In this document: piece by piece, positions 27,180 through 36,228 of the stretch
Layout: each line of letters opens with the position of its first letter
Position numbering within the stretch: position 1 is the stretch's first letter
Source of the DNA: Minisyncoccota bacterium
GTDB lineage: Bacteria; Patescibacteriota; Minisyncoccia; Phycocordibacterales; UBA9973
NCBI GenBank assembly: GCA_039915165.1
Contig: JBDSNU010000007.1
Location: forward strand, 16,658-80,657
DNA: 64,000 nucleotides
Direction: 5' to 3'
Translations under genes and position numbers: made by a program
Notes under the pieces: model-generated
What the model was told of the DNA's origin: nothing
Database searches by the model: none
Seen by the model: only the letters and a program-made list of their open reading frames with translations

Positions 27180-27251
27180 TGCGTGCACATGGAATCGGAC
27201 CATGGACCTCTGTCTTATCAGGACAGCGTTCTACCACTGAACTATGCACGC
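27180..27251 (-). tRNA. tRNA-Ile (anticodon GAT)
   Basis: The reverse complement folds as a cloverleaf: perfect 7-bp acceptor stem, D-stem GTTC/GAAC, anticodon stem CTGTC/GACAG with loop CTGATAA, T-stem CATGG/CCATG. No encoded CCA. Confidence 0.85.
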
Positions 27252-27419
27252 CTGCGTACTTCACTTCGTTCAGTACTTCGGCGCTGCGATGCACGTTTTA
27301 TCGCGCAGCAGCTTTTTGCGAAGGCGGACCTTACGCTGGATAACTATATCAAATTTTCAATATTTTTCAAGTCGTAGATCCTGAACGTATGGGTCGAAGA
27401 TCCTGAACGTAGTGAAGGG

Positions 27420-28364
27420 CTATTCGTCATCATCTCCACCATCAGTGAACTCACTAGTCTGCAATGCATCAATAATCTTATCAACCTTGCCCTGTAGTAA
27501 ACCTTCGATGTTGGAGAAGTTCTGCTTAATGCGGTGATCAGTCACACGGTCTTGTGGGAAGTTATAGGTACGAATCTTTTCACTACGGTCTGCAGTACCA
27601 ATCTGACTTTTACGCTCACCAGCATATTTCTGAGCTTCTTCTTGTTCTTTCATCTGTTGCAATTTAGCAGTCAAAATAGCAAATGCTTTTTCACGGTTAC
27701 CAAGCTGACTGCGCTCACTCGTTGAACGCACGTCGATACCTGTTGGACGGTGGATCAAACGTACTGCCGTTTCAACCTTGTTAACGTTCTGTCCACCTGC
27801 CCCTCCTGAACGTGAATATTCCATATCCAAATCAGCAGGGTTAATAACAAAGTTAACTTTTTTCTTCATTGGCAAAATAGCAATCGAAGCAGTAGAAGTA
27901 TGAATGCGTCCGTTCTTTTCAGTTACAGGCACACGCTGTACACGATGAACACCAGTTTCATATCTCAAAAGTTTGTAGACATCCTTACCTTTAATTTCCA
28001 CACTGAGATCATCAGTATGTTTCCATTGCCAGCCTTTTATTTCAGCATAACGACAGTACATTTCAACAAGTTGATGAGCAAATAAGTTTGCTTCATCCCC
28101 TCCTGCACCGGCACGTGCTTCTAGAATAATTTCATTTGGGAATTCCTCTTCTTCCTTTTCAGAAAGTTCGATAGCAGCAAACTGTTCTTCCATTGCTGTT
28201 TTTTGCACTTGGATAGCGTGCAATTCTTCTTGTGCCATTTCTTTCATCGAAGGATCACTTTCAGCCAACAACTGAGTCTCCTGCTCATCACGCAAAAGAC
28301 GCTCGTATTGTTCTGCGAGAAATTGTGTTTTGTGATTCTTTTTTAAATTTTCAATGTATATCAT
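27420..28364 (-). CDS. prfA: peptide chain release factor 1
   Basis: GGQ motif ([10 protein letters not shown]) and the RF1-specific PVT tripeptide ([17 protein letters not shown]). There is no SPF motif and no frameshift site. Start set at the ATG at 28364. Confidence 0.85.
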   Translation of the reverse strand: MIYIENLKKNHKTQFLAEQYERLLRDEQETQLLAESDPSMKEMAQEELHAIQVQKTAMEEQFAAIELSEKEEEEFPNEIILEARAGAGGDEANLFAHQLVEMYCRYAEIKGWQWKHTDDLSVEIKGKDVYKLLRYETGVHRVQRVPVTEKNGRIHTSTASIAILPMKKKVNFVINPADLDMEYSRSGGAGGQNVNKVETAVRLIHRPTGIDVRSTSERSQLGNREKAFAILTAKLQQMKEQEEAQKYAGERKSQIGTADRSEKIRTYNFPQDRVTDHRIKQNFSNIEGLLQGKVDKIIDALQTSEFTDGGDDDE

Positions 28365-28389
28365 ATAAATGACTAATTTAAAGTGAAGC

Positions 28390-28485
28390 AAAAACACCCC
28401 GTGAACCGTCTTTCGCAGGACGACTGGTCCGAGAAGGAGCAAAATTTCAGCAGAAATTTATGCGACGGTGAAGGGGGTGTTTTTG
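28390..28485. terminator. long multi-hairpin structured element/bidirectional terminator between rpmE and prfA
   Basis: Outer stem AAAAACACCCCGTGAACCGTC...GACGGTGAAGGGGGTGTTTTT enclosing two inner hairpins. A- and T-runs on both sides. Confidence 0.5.
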
Positions 28486-28495
28486 TAGAACTTTA

Positions 28496-28750
28496 TTATT
28501 TCTGCGCAGAAGCAGCACGACGCTTGTTGAAACGATCAACACGTCCAGCTGTATCGATAACCTTTTCAGTACCGGTATAGAATGGGTGTGAAGCACTAGA
28601 AATTTCTACACGGAACATAGGATATTCTACGCCGTCTTTTGTAGTTGTTTCTGTAGTCTTCACTGTTGATGTGATCACGAACTCTGTTTCAGAAGAGTTA
28701 TCGTGAAATACCACGTCGCGGAAGTTCTTTGGATGGGTGTCTTTTTTCAT
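28496..28750 (-). CDS. rpmE: 50S ribosomal protein L31, type B (non-zinc form)
   Basis: [15 protein letters not shown]...HPFYTG. It lacks the CxxC pairs of the zinc-ribbon form. Confidence 0.85.
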   Translation of the reverse strand: MKKDTHPKNFRDVVFHDNSSETEFVITSTVKTTETTTKDGVEYPMFRVEISSASHPFYTGTEKVIDTAGRVDRFNKRRAASAQK

Positions 28751-28807
28751 AACTGGTCTATTGTAGCATACAATATAAAGATTTCAAGAGGTTAAATAAG
28801 TCTTATT

Positions 28808-30223
28808 TTAGCGCTTAGAAACACCATATTGTACCAAGTAGTCAATATCAGCTTGAATGTTACGCGCAAGTGACATTACATTATTTCCATAGAAACTGTT
28901 TGCCGGCGACTTACCGTCACAAGATCGTCCAGAATAATACTTACAAGCAGCATTACGCTCATTAGTCTCCCCTCCTATTGCACCGCGATCTTTCAAGTAA
29001 ACAGCAGAAGCCATGATTGCATCACGTGCAGACCAAGGGTTGGCTGCAGACTTGCCGAGAGCAGAAGCTACCCGAGGAGCAATAAGCTCCCAAGTTGTTG
29101 GGATGAACTGAGCAGGCCCCATTGCGCCCCCCCATCCTCCGCCACCCAAAGGACATGACAATGGTGTTGTTTCTGGATTGAGTCCGAGAGCACTAGTGAT
29201 GCGCAAAAAAGCACTTTGGTCATCACGAGAAGATTTACCAGAAGCTTTGGCATCAGGTCCTGGCATAATATTTCGATAGCCTTTTGAAACAGGATCACCG
29301 GCACGGTTACAAGTACCAACGTTTTTACCTAAACTTGATTCTTGTGTAAGGATTGCCAAAATAAATGCGGCACGTACACCTGTTGCATTTGATGCAGCAG
29401 TTGCATAATCATACGCCAAACTAAATGGGATGGAACTTGTTGCACCACCAGCGAAACTAAAGAGTTTGCTTTGAATTGCTGCTACTTTCTTTTGCTGATC
29501 AGAAACCATAGCGGCTTGCTGTTGTTCAGCACTCTTACTGGTATTGAGCAATGTTTGAACTTGCTTTTGATTATTGGCAAGTTGACTCTTTTGACTTAAC
29601 AGCGCATCTTTAGCATCCAATGCTTGAGATTGCTTGTCTTGAAGTTGTTGCTCTTGAGTTTCTGTTGCCGAACGAATTTGCTTAACACGAGTTAGTGCGC
29701 CATACAATGATTGCTTAATGGAGAAAAAATCATCAAGATCTTTATAGAAACTAGATACAGAATCAGCACTTAGCATGACGTACTCTGCGCCTTTTTGGTC
29801 TATTTCATCAGTACGGGTGATCAATTGAGACATTGAGGCATGTTGACGATCCAGTTCAGAATTCAAATCACCGATAGCTTTTTGCTTTTGACCTATCTGT
29901 AAACTCAAACTGTTAATAGTACTTATTTCACCGGAAATTTTGGACTGAGTACTAGTAATTTGCGACACAAGTGTATTAACATTTTTTTGCAATGATCCAC
30001 TTTTTGCTTTTTGACTAGCGAGTTGTGCTTGCAGTTGTGCTAATACTTTATTTTCAGCTGCATAGTCAGCACAAGCTTGAACGATATCGGCATTAGTGGG
30101 ATTGTTACAAACAGCAGGTTGTGCCGACTGAGCATCAACAGAAGTTATAGTAAATAACGGTACAAATGTAACGGGTAAGAGCAGTGCCAAAAAAAGAATT
30201 GTTAATTTTTTATACATATACAA
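28808..30223 (-). CDS. secreted coiled-coil protein with C-terminal lytic transglycosylase (SLT)-like domain
   Basis: Signal peptide, Gln-rich coiled coil of about 250 aa, then a C-terminal region with the catalytic LTQESS and AMGPAQFIPTTW motifs. Confidence 0.6.
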   Translation of the reverse strand: MYMYKKLTILFLALLLPVTFVPLFTITSVDAQSAQPAVCNNPTNADIVQACADYAAENKVLAQLQAQLASQKAKSGSLQKNVNTLVSQITSTQSKISGEISTINSLSLQIGQKQKAIGDLNSELDRQHASMSQLITRTDEIDQKGAEYVMLSADSVSSFYKDLDDFFSIKQSLYGALTRVKQIRSATETQEQQLQDKQSQALDAKDALLSQKSQLANNQKQVQTLLNTSKSAEQQQAAMVSDQQKKVAAIQSKLFSFAGGATSSIPFSLAYDYATAASNATGVRAAFILAILTQESSLGKNVGTCNRAGDPVSKGYRNIMPGPDAKASGKSSRDDQSAFLRITSALGLNPETTPLSCPLGGGGWGGAMGPAQFIPTTWELIAPRVASALGKSAANPWSARDAIMASAVYLKDRGAIGGETNERNAACKYYSGRSCDGKSPANSFYGNNVMSLARNIQADIDYLVQYGVSKR

Positions 30224-30276
30224 TAAGACTCCTAGTATACCAGGAGTCTTACATGTAAATCTATTGACGAAAGTGA

Positions 30277-30894
30277 TTATTCCTCGTCTTCTGTCTTTCC
30301 TTTCTTTTCTACTTCAATAGCAGAGAGGTCGAGTACTGGTGCTTCTTCTGTTTCTTCGATGAAATGAGCCATTGAAACAACAACTTCTTCACCATCAGTG
30401 ATCATTGTTACACCCTTTGGAAGCTTGATATCTTTCACGTGAATCTGGTCTTCAAGAGTTGCAAGACTAGTGATGTCGATTTCAAAATTGTGAGGAAGAT
30501 CATTTGGAAGTGCGCGTACTTCTACTTCGTGAATTGATTTCACTACAGTACCAAGTCCAGCTTTTTCAGCTTCAGCTACACCAGTGAATTCAATAGGAAT
30601 AGCAACTTCGATTTCTTTCTTCATGTCGATGATAAGAAAATCAACGTGCAATGCTGCTCCTGTCATAGGATCACGCTGCATAGCATGGATAATTGTACTG
30701 ATCTTTTCACCGCCGATAGTAAGAATAACTGCAGTGTTTTCACCAGCTTCCTTATATACCTTGATAAATTCTTTTGCTGGAACTGCAATTGAAACTGCGT
30801 CCTTCCCAGCACCGTAATACACTGCTGGGATCATGTCCTGTTCGCGTAGGGCTGCCGGTGAGCCAGTACGCTGCTTTGCTTCTAAAGTAATCAT
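30277..30894 (-). CDS. rplY: 50S ribosomal protein L25/general stress protein Ctc
   Basis: N-terminal bL25 domain (LEAKQRTG...IPAVYYG) plus the Ctc-type C-terminal extension with an acidic tail. Confidence 0.85.
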   Translation of the reverse strand: MITLEAKQRTGSPAALREQDMIPAVYYGAGKDAVSIAVPAKEFIKVYKEAGENTAVILTIGGEKISTIIHAMQRDPMTGAALHVDFLIIDMKKEIEVAIPIEFTGVAEAEKAGLGTVVKSIHEVEVRALPNDLPHNFEIDITSLATLEDQIHVKDIKLPKGVTMITDGEEVVVSMAHFIEETEEAPVLDLSAIEVEKKGKTEDEE

Positions 30895-30932
30895 ATGGCA
30901 ATCAGTATACTGAATAATGTGAATTTTGCAAC

Positions 30933-32597
30933 CTAAGAACCATGCTCAACGTTATGAGACTGGACCAAATGGCTCGTAATATAGTCAAAAGAGCCTCCAA
31001 CCTTCTTCCCGGGATTGAAAATATTCAATGGGTCAAAAATATCCTTTACTTTGGCAAATAAATCAATAATTTCAGGCTTGTACATGTACGGCAAAAATGG
31101 AGTGCGGATAATACCGTCATTGTGCTCAGCAGTAATAGAGCCGTCATATTCTGCAACTAGTGCGTACACCTTTTTTGAAAGGTCTAAAATAATATCGCTA
31201 GAGATTGGATTATTGAGATCCATCAAAGGAATAATATGAAAGTTACCATTACCAGCATGCCCTGCAATTGTATACACCAGTTTATATTGATCGATAATAC
31301 TTTGTAGTTTTGGTAGGAATTCTGGAAGTTTGTGCGGATTAACAATGATGTCATCAATAAATGGTGCAGTTTGTTTTCCTTGTACATGCTTACGCAATAA
31401 ATTGAAACTCTCGCGACGAATCTTCCAATACTTTTCAACTTCTGCTGCACTATGAGCAACATGCGTTTTATATTTGAATGGCTTCATTGCAGTCTTAATA
31501 GCATCAGCACGAGTCATCACTTCTTGTTCGTCATCACCAGTTACTTCTGCCATCAAAATAAGTTTTGGTACACCACCTGTAAGGACTTGCCATATATCGG
31601 GGATAAATTGAATGCCAAGTTTGATGGCACCCCAAAATCCCAACGTCGAAAAGAAATCAAATGAGAACTTGATTGCTAGCTTCATACTATAGTCATCATA
31701 CGACTCGAAACTTTCAGGTTCGTATTTCATTATCGTATCAACTACTTCACCCAATCGAGCGATGGTCGGCAGGTACATTACTACCATCTTGGAATATTTT
31801 GGTACCTTCACCAAACCAAGCTCGACTTCAGTCGTCATACCCAGTGTGCCCTGTGAACCACATAACAATTTATTCAAATCAAAAATTCCTGTGTCTCTGT
31901 CCCATACATTCCATAAATAATATCCAGCTGAGTTCTTTGTTACATGAGGACGAGCAGTTTGAATTGCATCATAATGTGCCTCAATTAATTCATACAGTTC
32001 TTTGTACACCTTGCCCTCGAAATTTTTCTGAACCATTTTTATATCAAGTTCAGCCTTTGTTAGTGGTTTAATATCATATTCAACACCATCAGCAAGTACT
32101 ACTTTTTGGCGGCGGATATATTTTTCTGTCTTGCCATATTTGATAGCCTTTTCCCCTCCTGAATTATTGGCATTCATTCCACCTAATGTATTGAGCTCTT
32201 TTGAAGCAGTATATGAAGGGAGAATACGATTGCGCTTCAGGGTAAGTTTTTCGAAATCACGATAAAAAGCGCCAGGTTGAGCAATACCTTTTTCATCATC
32301 AACAGAAATAATTGTCCCCATATACTTCGTGAAGTCCATAATAATGCTTTCATTCAATGGACCACCGGACATATCTGTTCCAGCAGAGCGAGCAGTGACT
32401 GAAATACTTGGATCAAGTTCTTTATGCTCACCAACATATTTCACAACTGCTTGAACATCAGCAGCATCTTTTGGAAATACCACTGCTTCAGGTCGTACTT
32501 CAAACAAACTCGCATCACGTGAGTATTTGATCAGTGTCGGCTCATCAGCCATTACCTCACCATTTATTTTCTTTTGGAGGTCGGAAACGTTTACCAT
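30933..32597 (-). CDS. FAD-binding oxidase (GlcD/D-lactate dehydrogenase-like)
   Basis: FAD_binding_4-type N-terminal domain (VVFPKDAADVQAVVKY...ARSAGTDMSGG) and an oxidase C-terminal domain. 554 aa. Confidence 0.75.
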   Translation of the reverse strand: MVNVSDLQKKINGEVMADEPTLIKYSRDASLFEVRPEAVVFPKDAADVQAVVKYVGEHKELDPSISVTARSAGTDMSGGPLNESIIMDFTKYMGTIISVDDEKGIAQPGAFYRDFEKLTLKRNRILPSYTASKELNTLGGMNANNSGGEKAIKYGKTEKYIRRQKVVLADGVEYDIKPLTKAELDIKMVQKNFEGKVYKELYELIEAHYDAIQTARPHVTKNSAGYYLWNVWDRDTGIFDLNKLLCGSQGTLGMTTEVELGLVKVPKYSKMVVMYLPTIARLGEVVDTIMKYEPESFESYDDYSMKLAIKFSFDFFSTLGFWGAIKLGIQFIPDIWQVLTGGVPKLILMAEVTGDDEQEVMTRADAIKTAMKPFKYKTHVAHSAAEVEKYWKIRRESFNLLRKHVQGKQTAPFIDDIIVNPHKLPEFLPKLQSIIDQYKLVYTIAGHAGNGNFHIIPLMDLNNPISSDIILDLSKKVYALVAEYDGSITAEHNDGIIRTPFLPYMYKPEIIDLFAKVKDIFDPLNIFNPGKKVGGSFDYITSHLVQSHNVEHGS

Positions 32598-32598
32598 A

Positions 32599-33465
32599 CT
32601 ATTGCATTCGACTGAAAATTTTCAACTTCTCAGTTACTACGGCTTCCATTGCCAATGATGCAGGGCCAGTATATTTATAAGGAGCGATTTCGTCTGGATT
32701 AGCATCAAGATAACTTTTAATTGCACCAGTGAATGCGCGACGGAGTTCAGTGTTTACATGAATGATGGTAATACCAGCATCAATAGCCGCAGCAAAGTCT
32801 GCCTCTTCCCCGCTACCTCCATGAAGTACAAGCGGTGCATCTGTAACAGCTGCAATATTTTTAATTGTTTCAATATTCAAACGAGGCTTTGTACCAGTTT
32901 TCAACATGCCATGAAAATTCCCAACAGCAGGAGCCAGCATATCTGCACCTGTTTCATCCATAAATTTCTTTGCTTCTTCAGGGCTAGTAACAGCACTTAA
33001 TCCTTCTGGAATCTCATCGCGAAGTTTTGAGCCTTCACCGATATACCCGATCTCGACTTCAACAAGGATTTCACGTCCGGTTTCCATACTCACCATGCGT
33101 GCGTACTCAACACATTGTTTTGAAATAACCACATTATCTTCAAAAGAAAGTTTTGCGCCATCATAAATAACACTGTCATACCCCGCATCAATACATGCTT
33201 TCACTCCTTCAAAACTATAGTGGTGGTCAGCATTCAAGAAAATTGGCATATTCCAGTCTTCACGAATGATCTTCACAAGTGCCACGGCTGCTTTGGTACC
33301 AACTGCTATTTCTTCCCCTTCTGCAGTACCGACAATTACCGGCACATTCAATGCCTTTGCTGCACGCGCTATTGCATACAAGCCTTCAATATTAGAAAAA
33401 TTAAAATGACCAATTGCTTTCTTTTCACTGCGCGCCTCTGCCAGGTATTGTTTAAGAGTGTTCAT
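32599..33465 (-). CDS. fba: class II fructose/tagatose-bisphosphate aldolase
   Basis: MNTLKQYLAEA...AIGHFNFSNIEG...DHH...metal-binding His residues and the conserved VLHGGSG. Start set at the ATG at 33465. Confidence 0.85.
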   Translation of the reverse strand: MNTLKQYLAEARSEKKAIGHFNFSNIEGLYAIARAAKALNVPVIVGTAEGEEIAVGTKAAVALVKIIREDWNMPIFLNADHHYSFEGVKACIDAGYDSVIYDGAKLSFEDNVVISKQCVEYARMVSMETGREILVEVEIGYIGEGSKLRDEIPEGLSAVTSPEEAKKFMDETGADMLAPAVGNFHGMLKTGTKPRLNIETIKNIAAVTDAPLVLHGGSGEEADFAAAIDAGITIIHVNTELRRAFTGAIKSYLDANPDEIAPYKYTGPASLAMEAVVTEKLKIFSRMQ

Positions 33466-33481
33466 GATACAATTGTAGCAT

Positions 33482-34477
33482 ATGCAAAATGACCAAATTG
33501 ACTTCCTCGCTATAGGCGATATTGTGACAGATGCTTTTATCCGAGTAACTGATGCAGAAGTAAAATCTGATGCAGATGGTAGCAATCCCAAGCTTTGTTT
33601 CCGTTATGGCGATAAGGTTCCCTACGAATCAATGGAGGAAGTGCGTGCAGTTGGTAACAGTGCCAATGCAGCAGTTGCAGCAGCTCGCCTCGGACTAAAG
33701 AGTTCCCTGCTTGCTCATGTTGGTAACGATGTACAAGGACAATATTGTTTAGATGAACTAAAAAAGAATAATGTTGCAACAGACCTTATTGGTATTCATG
33801 ACGGCATTCCTACAAACTATCACTACGTACTCTGGTATGACGTTGAGCGAACTATATTGGTAAAACACGCAACATTCCCAGTACAAATGCCAATTATCCC
33901 ATTAGCACCAAAAATGCTCTATCTTTCTTCTCTCGGAGACCATACAGAAGCGTACCATCATGAAATCGCTACATTCATAAAAGAACATCCGGAAATGAAA
34001 GTGGTATTTCAGCCTGGGACATTTCAAATGAAATTGGGTACCGGTGTATTAAAAGATATTTATGCCAACACCTACGCTTTTTTTTGCAATTTAGAAGAAG
34101 CGCAAATGATTACAAATTCTGATACAAAAGAAATTAAAACATTGATCAAAGCACTGCATGATCTTGGGCCTAAGCTAGTATTTATTACTGATGGTATCAA
34201 AGGTGCATATGCATCTGATGGAACCGAAGCATGGTTCATGCCGATTTATCCTCATGACCCTTACGAACGAACAGGTGCAGGTGATGCATTTGCTTCAACG
34301 GTTTCTGTAGCATTGTTACAGGGCAAAACTATTGCGGAAGCATTGCGTTGGGGTCCAATAAACTCTATGTCAGTGGTGCAATTCGTTGGTGCACAAAAAG
34401 GGCTACTTACTACTGAAGCCGTACAACAATATTTGATGAATGCCCCTGCAGACTATCAACCACGACTGTTGATGTAA
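33482..34477 (+). CDS. PfkB-family carbohydrate/nucleoside kinase
   Basis: N-terminal GG motif region and the C-terminal TGAGDAFAS anion-hole motif. Confidence 0.8.
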   Translation: MQNDQIDFLAIGDIVTDAFIRVTDAEVKSDADGSNPKLCFRYGDKVPYESMEEVRAVGNSANAAVAAARLGLKSSLLAHVGNDVQGQYCLDELKKNNVATDLIGIHDGIPTNYHYVLWYDVERTILVKHATFPVQMPIIPLAPKMLYLSSLGDHTEAYHHEIATFIKEHPEMKVVFQPGTFQMKLGTGVLKDIYANTYAFFCNLEEAQMITNSDTKEIKTLIKALHDLGPKLVFITDGIKGAYASDGTEAWFMPIYPHDPYERTGAGDAFASTVSVALLQGKTIAEALRWGPINSMSVVQFVGAQKGLLTTEAVQQYLMNAPADYQPRLLM

Positions 34478-34507
34478 TCATCGGTGCACTCCCTCCACAA
34501 TATAAAA

Positions 34508-34585
34508 AACATCTCGCTTCCGGGTTCTCGCTGCATGGAATAGTTGCAGCTGTATCGGTCCTCAGTTCGAGATGTTTTTTATATT
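34508..34585. terminator. 78-nt structured hairpin element flanked by A6 and T6 (complex bidirectional terminator or small RNA)
   Basis: AAAAAACATCTCG...CGAGATGTTTTTT with an internal GCTGCA/TGCAGC hairpin. Confidence 0.45.
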
Positions 34586-34635
34586 GTTTCCGGGAGCTTT
34601 ATGCTGTTTAGTGATTAATTAAAAAAAATCGAGGT

Positions 34636-34739
34636 GTGCATTACCAAGCAAAGCACATTTTAGATATAACCACTGAGTAGAGTTATCCCATATTAGGTGA
34701 CGGCGGAGGCTGTAATGTGCTTTGCTTAGTAACGCACAT
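34636..34739. repeat. copy B of the 42-nt repeat, present as a 23-bp inverted repeat (34636-34658 / 34716-34739) around a 57-nt loop
   Basis: 34636-34675 is the reverse complement of 7410-7449 at 38 of 40 positions. 34714-34739 is identical to 7426-7451. Confidence 0.7.
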
Positions 34740-34863
34740 TCCCAATACCACCATAGCTGCATTACCACCTATAGCTGGGTGCAAGAGACAAAAATAAAAA
34801 GACCGTTTCAGGTCTTTTTATTTTTGTCCTCTGGAACATGGGTGCCGGAGGGATATGCTTTTA

Positions 34864-35856
34864 TTATTTTCTGTCTAAAATTTTCATTACTGCAGCTATA
34901 ATGGCATCTTGACCCATGTCGTATTTTTCTACGAGTTCATTTGGTGTGCCAGACTGGCCAAAGCGATCTTGTACGCCAATGAATTCCATGGGTACTGGCA
35001 TTGTTTGCATCAGTACTTCAGCGATCGCACTACCGAGACCTCCTGCAACCTGATGCTCTTCAACAGAAACGATGGCTTTAGTTTCTTTTGCTAATTGTAA
35101 AAGTAATCCTGTATCAATTGGCTTAATAGTATGAATATTTGCAACAAGTACCTTCACTCCTTTTTTTTCTAAATCTTTTGCAGCACGTAATGCATGAACA
35201 ACAAGCGCACCTGTGGCAATCACTGCAACTTGAGCAAGCCCTTCTGGACGATATAAAATCTGTCCTTTGCCAATTTCAAAAGGAGTGTCTTCGGTAGTAA
35301 TAACAGGAGTTTTCTCGCGTGCTAAACGCAAGTACGCAATGCGAGGATTGGCAGAGAGCGCCAATGTGGCTTTCTTGGCTTGGATAGCATCACAAGGAGA
35401 AATAACGGTCATGCGAGGCAATACACGCATCAATGCAATGTCTTCAATGGCTTGGTGTGTACCCCCGTCTGGCCCAACAGAAACACCAGCATGACTACCT
35501 ACAACAACGGCGGGGCGATCGTTGTAACAAATAGTAGTACGAATCTGTTCCCAGTTTCTACCTGGACTAAACATTGCATATGAAGAAAAGAATGGGTACT
35601 TACCCATTGCCGCTAAACCACTCGCAGTTGCCGCAAGGTTTTGTTCGGCAACACCAATTTCAACAAAGCGTTCTGGGAATTTCCCTTTGAACAAATGCAT
35701 TTGTGTTGACTCTGTTAGATCAGCAGAAAGAGCCACAATAGTTTTATTTAGTTCACCTGCCTTCAATAAGCCCTCACCAAATCCTTTGCGAATAGGAATT
35801 TGTTCTACATCATCTGCAAAGACACTAGTATTAAGTTTTAAATCAGGATTAAGCAT
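34864..35856 (-). CDS. transketolase, C-terminal (pyrimidine-binding) subunit
   Basis: Transket_pyr and C-terminal domains (EQNLAATASGLA...GPDGGTHQAIEDIA). 330 aa. Confidence 0.85.
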   Translation of the reverse strand: MLNPDLKLNTSVFADDVEQIPIRKGFGEGLLKAGELNKTIVALSADLTESTQMHLFKGKFPERFVEIGVAEQNLAATASGLAAMGKYPFFSSYAMFSPGRNWEQIRTTICYNDRPAVVVGSHAGVSVGPDGGTHQAIEDIALMRVLPRMTVISPCDAIQAKKATLALSANPRIAYLRLAREKTPVITTEDTPFEIGKGQILYRPEGLAQVAVIATGALVVHALRAAKDLEKKGVKVLVANIHTIKPIDTGLLLQLAKETKAIVSVEEHQVAGGLGSAIAEVLMQTMPVPMEFIGVQDRFGQSGTPNELVEKYDMGQDAIIAAVMKILDRK

Positions 35857-36187
35857 TATTATTGTTATTCATATATTCGTTTCTGCTCACAAAATTATCG
35901 TGTATCTGTATAAGATCTTTTTTAGTAGCCATATTCGCAATATCTTCTTTTGTAGCAAACCTTTTTAGATCCTCCTTTGTTGCCATTGTGCTTTCAATGC
36001 GATCAAATCGCTCATCGATTGCAGTAAAAACTGGTGCTAATTTTTCTGCAAATTTATCAAATGCTGCATCTACAATTTCCGTCACAGCCTCCTTTAAATA
36101 CGCTTTCGTAACATATTCATTACCTTCTTCGACTGTGTTGGTATTGTTTTTCATAGATTTAGTATACTTGGTATTTATATAAGACAC
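35849..36187 (-). CDS. hypothetical repeat protein (112 aa) inserted between the transketolase subunit genes
   Basis: Three tandem 9-aa units: ATKEDLKRF, ATKEDIANM, ATKKDLIQI. Helical, with an Asn-rich tail. Overlaps the tkt-C start by 8 nt. Confidence 0.4.
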   Translation of the reverse strand: MSYINTKYTKSMKNNTNTVEEGNEYVTKAYLKEAVTEIVDAAFDKFAEKLAPVFTAIDERFDRIESTMATKEDLKRFATKEDIANMATKKDLIQIHDNFVSRNEYMNNNNNA

Positions 36188-36228
36188 TACCAGTATTTTG
36201 TTAATAACACCTTATTTTTCTTTAGGTT

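Noticed and set aside
27177-27377. 66-aa plus-strand ORF
   Set aside because: It lies entirely over the minus-strand tRNA-Ile gene and its GC-rich upstream hairpin. It is an artefact of the GC-rich RNA gene.
27420-28442. Possible prfB with programmed +1 frameshift (long N-terminal extension of the ORF)
   Set aside because: The protein has the RF1-specific PVT motif, not SPF. There is no CUU-UGA shift site. The N-terminal 26 residues are an upstream read-through extension, and the real start is the ATG at 28364.
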